In this document: positions 21,866 through 29,522 of the stretch, in pieces | Layout of the letters: each line of letters begins with the position of its first letter | How positions within the stretch are numbered: the first letter of the stretch is position 1 | Assembly (NCBI GenBank): GCA_028282585.1 | Contig: JANQHR010000062.1 | Coordinates: 1-64,000 of the forward strand | DNA length: 64,000 nucleotides | Source: Bacteroidales bacterium | GTDB taxonomy: Bacteria > Bacteroidota > Bacteroidia > Bacteroidales > UBA12077 | Direction: 5' to 3' | Notes under the pieces: model-generated | Seen by the model: the letters and a program-made list of their open reading frames with translations, nothing else | Told to the model about the DNA's origin: nothing | Database searches by the model: none | Made by a program: the position numbers and the translations under genes

Positions 21866-22729
21866 TTGCAAATTGATAGAGACATAATTATTGATTTTCT
21901 GTTTGACACTCTTCCAAAGGAGGAAATGTCAAAAGTGGCAAATGCCATACTTTCAGATGATGAATTAAAGAAAATTTACGAAGAAGAAAAAAATAAAATC
22001 ATTACACACCTTTATGTTGATGATGAATTACCACCATACGAACGTATTGAATTTGAATACAAATTAAAAAAAGACAATCAGATCTCAAAAGAAGTGCAAC
22101 TGCAAAAAGGAATTAACAATTCTATAGAAAATCTTAATCTGAAAGAAACACTTGAAGAAGCTTATAGAAATAGCAACCAAAGGAAACATCTTTTCTCGCC
22201 AATCTTATTTGAGAATAGGAAATTTAAACATTGGTTAGTAGCTGCTTCAATAACCATCCTTCTTATTTTTGGAGCAGGAACAACTTATCATTTTCAAACA
22301 AGGGATTCATTAGAAAACAGGCTGTATGCGAAGTTTTATGAGCCTTACAATTATGATGATAACTATATATTAAATAGCAGTTCGTTCAGTTTAGCCAAAC
22401 AAAAATATAAGGAAGGTGATTACATGAATGCCTTATTACTTCTAAAGAAACAACCATCATTAATAACTATCGAAACTGAAAGAGATTTCTTAATCGGATT
22501 ATCATTAATGGAAATTGGCAATTATGATACCGCATCAAAATATTTCGCAAAGGTCCTTTTGGAGCAAAAGGAATTTGAACACATTCCACAGGTCAGGTGG
22601 TATCTGGCACTTTGTTATTTAAAAGGGGGAGATACTGATAAAGCTGAAGAAACTTTTGGTATTATCGTAACTAAGAACAGCTATAACTATAAAAAAGCTA
22701 AAAGAATATTAAAAAAGCTTGGCAATTGA
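21866..22729 (+). CDS. Anti-sigma-like membrane protein with C-terminal TPR
   Basis: TTG start; N-terminal helical domain (HLYVDDELPPYERIEFEYKL); TM helix WLVAASITILLIFGAG; TPR-like C-terminus (WYLALCYLK..KAEETF). Confidence 0.7.
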   Translation: MQIDRDIIIDFLFDTLPKEEMSKVANAILSDDELKKIYEEEKNKIITHLYVDDELPPYERIEFEYKLKKDNQISKEVQLQKGINNSIENLNLKETLEEAYRNSNQRKHLFSPILFENRKFKHWLVAASITILLIFGAGTTYHFQTRDSLENRLYAKFYEPYNYDDNYILNSSSFSLAKQKYKEGDYMNALLLLKKQPSLITIETERDFLIGLSLMEIGNYDTASKYFAKVLLEQKEFEHIPQVRWYLALCYLKGGDTDKAEETFGIIVTKNSYNYKKAKRILKKLGN

Positions 22730-25459
22730 TTTCCTTTTCTTCATTAAAAAAAATAATACTCCTATCATACTAATTATGTAAATCAATCTCTTTAGGTACC
22801 AATTTTTATATAATTCCTTTTGGTTGCCATTTATTACAATTCCTGCCCAAAAACGCGGATGAGCAGATATCGGGTCGGTCTGTTCAAGATATCTTAATTT
22901 AGCAAGCCTTAAGGCTTCATCTTTTCGCATTCCTTTTAGCAGATTCAGGTAAAAAGAATTTAATATGTTATTTGTTGCTTTTTGGGGTGCTAACCATAAC
23001 GACATAACTATCGATTCGCTTCCGGCATACATGAAACTCCGGCTTAGGCTCAAAACACCTTCTCCTTTGGATAGTTTCCCACCCCCGGAATAACACGATG
23101 CTAAAACGACAAGTTTAGCATTTATTTGCAAGTTATATACTTCCCAGGCGTGAAGGTAGCTGTCATTTAAAGAATCATCCGGTTCGGATAAAATTAACTT
23201 CGAATTGGCAGGGTTGAGCGTATCTTCAAAACCATGCGCATAAAGTTGTATAACATCGTATTTGTTAGAGTATTCCTTAAATTTCTGTTCTGTTGCTTTT
23301 TCTCCTGTTAAGGATTTTCCTAACATTAATAATGCAATCTTCCTTACGCTTTTTAATCCTAATGGCATATGTATTAAGGAATCTTTCGAGTTTTCGTAAC
23401 CGGGTGCAATTCCCAAAAATTTGAATCTGTTATTTTGTAATGCGGTTAAACTGTTTTTATATAATGTAGCAGAATATGCATAAGCTATCGGGTATTTCTT
23501 TAATAAAAATGGTTCTTCGCGGTAATAAAGTTCATCAACACTCTTATAGGGTTTATCAACAAGTACGTCAAATGAAATAAAGTTCATTTTATCATCCGGA
23601 ATTATCAGCAGGTTTTTGTTTTGCAATAAAGGTTCTACAGGGAAAATAAGCTTCTTATAAAGATTATATGCCGAATTTCTGTATAAACGATAGTTGGATG
23701 TATGGTCCCGGTGCAAAACGGTTTTGTAGAAATCAAGGCTGGAATGAAATACACTGTCGGTGTCCTGTTTTAATAGTAAAAATGTATCCTGCGTAACAAC
23801 AAAAGTATAAAGTGAACTATCTCCTAATACATACTCCAGAATAGCTTCTTTTTTATCGATGGACTGTTGCAGTTGATTGATACTGACAATTTCCTGATTG
23901 TATTTTTGCTTATAATATTCAGGGTAACCGGATTCAAGTTTTTCAACCAGGTTTTCGAGCTCTTGTGTTAAACTAAATATTTTTTCGTTCCATTTGTCTA
24001 TTTTTACCCTATCAGGAGTTTCCTGTTTGCTTTCTTCTTCCATTTGCATCCTGATACTGCCAATTTGCTCTTTTAACCTTCGCTCATAATTTCCTAAACT
24101 GTCGGGCACTCCTGCAATCCCCCGCGCTGCCTCTTCATTTTTCAGTTCCCTTAAAACAGCATATTTGCTAAGTTCTGCGTACTTAAATGCAATTTCGGCA
24201 TATTTACCATCACCGTTAATTTCATACAAAGAATTGGCAATGTTTATTATCGACAGGTATATATCGTGTTCTTGTGATGCGAGTTGTAATTTTGAACTTT
24301 CGTACAAATATCCCGTTCGTAACTGTTCAATAAAACCAACCGTGAGCTCTAAGGTAGAAAGAGCTGTTTTTAGATTAATTTCTTTATCTTCAAGTTCTGC
24401 TAACTTTTCAAAGGCTTGTGCTTTTGCTTTTAAAATATCAATTAAATCTAGGTCGGGAAATACATCCGGCCACGGGTTTACATAAATGGAACGATCATTG
24501 AAATCATATATTTTGGAAATTAATGATTGCTGGTAATAGTGTAGTGCTTGTTTGTAATTCTCCTTCTTGTAATGTAATTGCCCTAAGTTTTGTACACATA
24601 AAGACGTGTATGGATGTTTTTCGCCAAGCATTTTAATTAAGATTTTATGAGCTTTCTGGTAAAGCTGTTCACTTTTTGAAAAATATCCTGTTTCAGAATA
24701 AAAAACAGCATAATTAACATAAGCCATTGCGGTCATGTAATGCTTTTCTCCGAACTCTTTTTTATATGATTCAATAGCCTTTTTAAAATAAATATTTGCT
24801 TTATCCAAGCTGTCAAGGTTTTGATAAATTAATCCACAATTATAATATGCATTCCCAGCAATTTTAATTTGGTTTTTTTTAGCAATCTGTATACTTTGCA
24901 AACTTTTTTTTAAAGCGAGATTCATTTGCCCAGATTTATAATAGGTGTATCCCTGATTAAGATAATTATTTACAATCCAATGGTATTTATTTACCTTGTC
25001 ACTTTTTTTAAGTATTGATAGTGAACTTTCATAATAAAAGATAGCCTTTGAGTAATCTCCTGTTAAAGAATAAATCATGGCAATGTTTCCATTAATAACT
25101 GATAAAATGTAATCATCATCGGTAAATTCCAGTGCCTTATTATAATAATTAATTGCTTTAGATAAATTACCCTGCCTTTTAAATATCACCCCTAACCTAT
25201 TAAAAACTTTGTAGTAAGCAGGCTGTATATCATTAGGCATTTCACCTTTTAACAAAAGAATTTCATTTAAACCATCAATAGCTCCGTTATAATCCCCTGA
25301 CTGATATAGAACTTTTGTACTATCATAAAGCTTGGTAAGATAATTTTTATCAGTAAGTTGTTGTGCTCCTAACTTTGATACACTAAGGAATGTATTGATC
25401 AACAATAAAATAATTAGTTTGAAAATCAAGGAATTAAATTGTTGTTTAAAAGAATTCAT
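22709..25459 (-). CDS. TPR-CHAT domain protein (caspase-like clan CD protease)
   Basis: Signal peptide, multiple TPRs, CHAT motifs LLIIPD, LYAHG (His), LVVLASC (Cys), GEGVLSL, SLW, HPRFWA; C-terminal TM helix. Confidence 0.92.
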   Translation of the reverse strand: MNSFKQQFNSLIFKLIILLLINTFLSVSKLGAQQLTDKNYLTKLYDSTKVLYQSGDYNGAIDGLNEILLLKGEMPNDIQPAYYKVFNRLGVIFKRQGNLSKAINYYNKALEFTDDDYILSVINGNIAMIYSLTGDYSKAIFYYESSLSILKKSDKVNKYHWIVNNYLNQGYTYYKSGQMNLALKKSLQSIQIAKKNQIKIAGNAYYNCGLIYQNLDSLDKANIYFKKAIESYKKEFGEKHYMTAMAYVNYAVFYSETGYFSKSEQLYQKAHKILIKMLGEKHPYTSLCVQNLGQLHYKKENYKQALHYYQQSLISKIYDFNDRSIYVNPWPDVFPDLDLIDILKAKAQAFEKLAELEDKEINLKTALSTLELTVGFIEQLRTGYLYESSKLQLASQEHDIYLSIINIANSLYEINGDGKYAEIAFKYAELSKYAVLRELKNEEAARGIAGVPDSLGNYERRLKEQIGSIRMQMEEESKQETPDRVKIDKWNEKIFSLTQELENLVEKLESGYPEYYKQKYNQEIVSINQLQQSIDKKEAILEYVLGDSSLYTFVVTQDTFLLLKQDTDSVFHSSLDFYKTVLHRDHTSNYRLYRNSAYNLYKKLIFPVEPLLQNKNLLIIPDDKMNFISFDVLVDKPYKSVDELYYREEPFLLKKYPIAYAYSATLYKNSLTALQNNRFKFLGIAPGYENSKDSLIHMPLGLKSVRKIALLMLGKSLTGEKATEQKFKEYSNKYDVIQLYAHGFEDTLNPANSKLILSEPDDSLNDSYLHAWEVYNLQINAKLVVLASCYSGGGKLSKGEGVLSLSRSFMYAGSESIVMSLWLAPQKATNNILNSFYLNLLKGMRKDEALRLAKLRYLEQTDPISAHPRFWAGIVINGNQKELYKNWYLKRLIYIISMIGVLFFLMKKRKSIAKLF

Positions 25460-25487
25460 TATATTTTGCCCGTGTTCTTAGTTAGAA

Positions 25488-25495
25488 CAAAAATA
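25488..25495 (-). promoter_or_regulatory. Bacteroidota -7 promoter element for the CHAT gene
   Basis: TATTTTTG on the minus strand ~30 nt upstream of ATG 25459. Confidence 0.45.
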
Positions 25496-25518
25496 AGTTT
25501 AATTTAAATTTTATAATT

Positions 25519-25647
25519 ATGAAAACAAGAAAAAAAAGAAAAGTGAAAAAAGGATTCAAAGTATTCAGTATCCTTAAAACAAAAGAATTATTGCAAATCA
25601 GAGGTGGTGATGGAGCCCCAACAGGGAATGATAACGATTTTGATTAG
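25519..25647 (+). CDS. Double-glycine leader peptide 1 (42 aa): MKTRKKRKVKKGFKVFSILKTKELLQIRGG-DGAPTGNDNDFD
   Basis: Manual translation, absent from the ORF track; LxxxELxxIxGG leader motif; paralog 279 bp downstream. Confidence 0.85.
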   Translation: MKTRKKRKVKKGFKVFSILKTKELLQIRGGDGAPTGNDNDFD

Positions 25648-25675
25648 TACTATTAATCATTGTTGTTTAATCCAT

Positions 25676-25782
25676 CCTGTTGGTTGGCCAGTGTCAATAA
25701 GTTAAGGAATATTCACCCTCTGTCCTTTGGACAGGAGGATAGGGGGTGAGCCTTAATTAATTACCATACGCCGGTTGACAGG
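25676..25782 (+). other. Structured intergenic RNA element between the peptide genes
   Basis: Nested stems cctgttggttggc/gccggttgacagg, ttaagg/ccttaa, tcacc/ggtga, ctgtcc/ggacag. Confidence 0.55.
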
Positions 25783-25797
25783 TTAAAATCTTAAATT

Positions 25798-25923
25798 ATG
25801 AAAACAAGAAAAAAAAGAAAAGTGAAAAAAATGGCAAAAGCGGTTCAAATTCTTAAAGCAAAAGAATTGTTAAATATCAGGGGTGGTGGAGACCCAACAG
25901 GGAATGATAACGATTTTGATTAA
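25798..25923 (+). CDS. Double-glycine leader peptide 2 (41 aa): MKTRKKRKVKKMAKAVQILKAKELLNIRGG-GDPTGNDNDFD
   Basis: Manual translation; same leader motif and identical last 9 residues as peptide 1. Confidence 0.85.
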   Translation: MKTRKKRKVKKMAKAVQILKAKELLNIRGGGDPTGNDNDFD

Positions 25924-26056
25924 TTGCATAACCATATTAAACTAACCGGATTGTATTATTGGAGCAGTTTAAAAATTTAACTGCTTATTTAATCAGAACA
26001 ACAGGTAATGTGGGAAACCAAACCTTGTTGAAAGGAAATTGGTAGTATCTAAATAG

Positions 26057-26091
26057 TGTAAAAGGTTCGGAGCAATTCGAACCTTTTATAC
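26057..26091. terminator. Bidirectional intrinsic terminator
   Basis: aaaaggttcg-gagcaatt-cgaacctttt between the peptide genes and the convergent phosphatase. Confidence 0.75.
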
Positions 26092-26102
26092 TGTTTACTT
26101 TT

Positions 26103-27218
26103 TTAATTATCTGCTTGATTGTGCCCTGAAAATACCTTCTTTTCAAAACCAAATGCTTTCATCATTTTTTCAAAGATATCCGTGTTTTCATAAATCCCAC
26201 CAAATTCTTCAGCACCAGGGCCATAAGCGAAAACCGGAACCATGTTCGAAGTATGATGCTCTGTTGAAAAATGAGTTTCAATGGTTCTGGTTTCCATATT
26301 GCCTTCAACTATTGTAAGTCCTCCAGTTTCGTGATCAGAAGTAACTATTAACAAGGTTTCACCATCTGCTTTTGCAAACTCTAGCGCTTTTGCCACCGCA
26401 TTATCAAAATCAATAGTTTCAGTGATAACATAATCGATATCATTATCATGTCCTGCCCAATCAATTTGAGATCCTTCAACCATTAAGAAAAATCCTGTAT
26501 CATTTTTCTTTAAAATCTCGATAGCCTTTTGAGTTGATTGCGGAAGCATATCTCCTCGTCCATTTAATATCTCGGGATTATGACCTTCTGCTGTAAACAC
26601 AGCATATTTTCCATCATTTCTTGTATTCAGATTTTCGATACCGTTCACAATATTATATTTTCTCTGCCTTAGAGAGTCCAATAAATTCAAACCGTCTTCT
26701 CGTTGCACAAAATGTTTTCTCCCTCCTCCGATGAATAAATCAATATCAACATCTAAAAAATCGCGCGCTATATTTTCATAATTATTTCTATGTAGCTCAT
26801 GAGCAATAAACGATGCAGGTGTTGCATGTAAAATTGAACTTGTGGAAACTAATCCGGTAGCTAATTTATATTCCTCAGCATATTCCAATATAGTTTTAAC
26901 TGCATTACCTGCAGTATCAACACTAATACTTTGATTGTTAGTTTTAACTCCTGTTGCTATTGCCGTTCCTGCCGCTCCGGAATCGGTAATATAATCAGAT
27001 GCGGAGTATGTTTTTTGTAACCCAACAACTTTAAATTTTTCCATATGAAGAGGTTTCTCTGAAACAGACATTGCCGCATATAGTTGACTGACACCCATTC
27101 CATCACCAATCATTAATATTATATTTTTTGCCTTTTGGGTCTGAATTTGGTTTGTTTGGTCTTGCTTACATGAAAATAGTAAGGCAAAAACGGCAAGAAC
27201 AATTATGATTCTTTTCAT
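26103..27218 (-). CDS. Alkaline phosphatase, lipoprotein
   Basis: IGDGMG, TDSGAAGTA, VEGSQIDWAGH, SDHETGG; lipobox LFSC. Confidence 0.95.
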   Translation of the reverse strand: MKRIIIVLAVFALLFSCKQDQTNQIQTQKAKNIILMIGDGMGVSQLYAAMSVSEKPLHMEKFKVVGLQKTYSASDYITDSGAAGTAIATGVKTNNQSISVDTAGNAVKTILEYAEEYKLATGLVSTSSILHATPASFIAHELHRNNYENIARDFLDVDIDLFIGGGRKHFVQREDGLNLLDSLRQRKYNIVNGIENLNTRNDGKYAVFTAEGHNPEILNGRGDMLPQSTQKAIEILKKNDTGFFLMVEGSQIDWAGHDNDIDYVITETIDFDNAVAKALEFAKADGETLLIVTSDHETGGLTIVEGNMETRTIETHFSTEHHTSNMVPVFAYGPGAEEFGGIYENTDIFEKMMKAFGFEKKVFSGHNQADN

Positions 27219-29000
27219 TTAATTTTTCGAGTTTAAAAGTTTTTCATCTTTATTTTTAGCTTTTTCCCACCAATCCTTTGGAATTATGGCCCATTCATTC
27301 TTTAATTTAGGATCAATGGTTTCTTTATCTTCAATATATCTCATCAAAAAATATCTAATATCTTTATTTGTGGAATTAATAATTCGTCCTGAGAGCTCAT
27401 CTTTATCTAAGCCAACCCCAACTGTAAAATGGCCTCCCCCTCCGTTCGCTCTATAGCTATTAACTGCAACAGTATAGGTGCTATCTACGAAAAATTCACG
27501 TCCATCTGATAATGTTGAAATAGTAACCTTTTCATTTATCGGTCTGGTTATATCTATTGTATAATTAATTCCGGATGCTACATCAAAATTATAGAATGAC
27601 TTTTCAAGTTGATATGATTGATACCTCTCCGAAAATATCATTTCTCTGTTGTTATCTCTTTTGAAATAAAGAAGGTGATCATTTTCATTATTCATAGTAT
27701 TAAACCAATAAGCGAATGAATATTCAAGATATTTATCAATTTCACTACCAGTTAAATTAATTGTATAAAGAAAATTCTCGTATCGGTATAATTTAAACAT
27801 ATCTCTTACATATACCGGACCCTTTTCTATAACTGCATTAAAAGACAAGGGCGCTGCAAAAGAAATATCCGCATTACTCCTTATGAACTGAACTTCATGG
27901 ATTAAATCCAAAAATTCGGATGGACCATATAACGCTTTATGCGCATAAACATCCTTTTCAAAAACACCTACCTGTTTTGATACAAAATCTTTAACTTCCT
28001 TAAATTCTTTTTCAAACTCTAAATTAAATAAAGAGTCTGCTTTATAATCAGACATCTCAACTACGTTTCCTTTAATATTTTTTTCATATTTACCTTCCGA
28101 ATCTAAATTAAATTCAACTGTAGCCGTTGCAACTTGCTGACCATGTGCACCAGGTCCTAAAATCAATACATCATCACCATTTATATTTTTCACGGTATTG
28201 TTCCAAGTTCTGTGATCGTGCCCAATGAAAATAACATCAAAACCAGGTACCTGCTCTGCTACTAAAACAGAAGCATTTTCATTTTTATAGGTATTCTTAT
28301 CATTGTTACCATACTTATAATCATAACCTGCATGAAACAAACCTACTATCAAATTAGGTTCTTCTGTTTCAAGAATTAGTGGAATCCATTTTTTTGCAGT
28401 AACAATCATGTCTTCAAATTCCATTCCTGACCATAATTTTTCAGGCAACCATTTGGGAATACCTGGAGTAATGAGTCCAAAAACTGCGATTTTAAACCCA
28501 TCTTTATTAATAATGGTATAGGGTTCAAAATAAGGTTCTCCGGTATTTGTGTCAATTGCATTAGCAGCTAACCACGGGAAATTAAAATCCTTTACTAGTT
28601 TATCATAAACCAGGGGCCCTGCTTCAATATCATGGTTTCCAATGGTTGCAACATCATACTCCATATAGTTCATTACTTCAGAGCAAATATGTTTATCTGA
28701 TGTATTTTCAAAATTATAATAATATACAACAGGTTGTCCCTGCAGTATGTCTCCATTATCCATCAAAATAACATTGTTATTGCCTCTTAATTCTTTTACA
28801 TAAGAATGTACTTTTGATAAAGACCCTGAAGAATTTCTATCATTTACAAAATCATAATCGAATATTGCTCCATGTACATCACTAGTTTCAACTAAAATCA
28901 AACTATAAGAATCTGTTTTTGGAGAATCAGAACATGAGTAAAGGAAAGTAAAAAATATTACTGATATTAATAAAAAATAATGGTGTTTTGAGTTATTCAT
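27219..29000 (-). CDS. Bifunctional 2',3'-cyclic-nucleotide phosphodiesterase / 5'-nucleotidase family
   Basis: TSDVHG, DNGDILQG, GNHD, GHDH; C-terminal nucleotidase domain. Confidence 0.92.
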   Translation of the reverse strand: MNNSKHHYFLLISVIFFTFLYSCSDSPKTDSYSLILVETSDVHGAIFDYDFVNDRNSSGSLSKVHSYVKELRGNNNVILMDNGDILQGQPVVYYYNFENTSDKHICSEVMNYMEYDVATIGNHDIEAGPLVYDKLVKDFNFPWLAANAIDTNTGEPYFEPYTIINKDGFKIAVFGLITPGIPKWLPEKLWSGMEFEDMIVTAKKWIPLILETEEPNLIVGLFHAGYDYKYGNNDKNTYKNENASVLVAEQVPGFDVIFIGHDHRTWNNTVKNINGDDVLILGPGAHGQQVATATVEFNLDSEGKYEKNIKGNVVEMSDYKADSLFNLEFEKEFKEVKDFVSKQVGVFEKDVYAHKALYGPSEFLDLIHEVQFIRSNADISFAAPLSFNAVIEKGPVYVRDMFKLYRYENFLYTINLTGSEIDKYLEYSFAYWFNTMNNENDHLLYFKRDNNREMIFSERYQSYQLEKSFYNFDVASGINYTIDITRPINEKVTISTLSDGREFFVDSTYTVAVNSYRANGGGGHFTVGVGLDKDELSGRIINSTNKDIRYFLMRYIEDKETIDPKLKNEWAIIPKDWWEKAKNKDEKLLNSKN

Positions 29001-29128
29001 TTTATTGAAATATAAGTTCCGTATAAGCTGTTTTTAGATTTTATAAAGAAACAATATAATTATAATTTGGTTCTACAAGGATTCTTTAAATTAATGTTAA
29101 CAAATTTAATGGAATTAATTTGAAATAA

Positions 29129-29340
29129 TTAGATTTCTTTAATCTCGGTTGGAATCGTGACGTAAAATATAGTTACTTTGTTAACTTCTGAATCCAACTA
29201 AATCTCCACTCCCAATTGTTCTATTAAGCTTTTTGCCGAGGATAATCCCATATCCGTACCTTTAAAATAATTGAATTATTGGTTAGAGCCTTGTAAAACA
29301 TCTTAAAAATTCTGTCATGGCATTTGGGATCAATTAATCC
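29129..29340 (-). pseudogene. Degraded histidine kinase HATPase_c remnant
   Basis: Minus strand reads IDPKCHDRIFKMFYKA, then a frameshift, then FKGTDMGLSSAKSLIEQLGVEI*LDSEVNKVTIFYVTIP (F and G2 boxes with an internal stop). Confidence 0.75.
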
Positions 29341-29522
29341 TTAAGTATAACTAAAAGGCTTTCAAGTTCTAATTGAGATGAAGCTGCACGATTTACGGGA
29401 GAGTGCAAGGTATCAATAATGCTCTTACAACTTTCACAACAAGATAAAAAATTAATTATCTATCAATCAAATATATTGTTTCTTTATTCTTAATAGCTTA
29501 GATTAAGTAATATTAAATGATT

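Noticed and set aside
22709-25923. CRISPR-associated Craspase (Csx29-like) interpretation of the TPR-CHAT gene
   Set aside because: There are no cas genes or repeat-spacer array, the protein is predicted to be exported, and the nearby direct repeats are two coding paralogs.
25519-25923. Lanthipeptide, bacteriocin or graspetide biosynthetic cluster
   Set aside because: The cores lack Cys and are acidic, and no maturase, transporter or immunity gene is in the window. Maturation in trans cannot be excluded.
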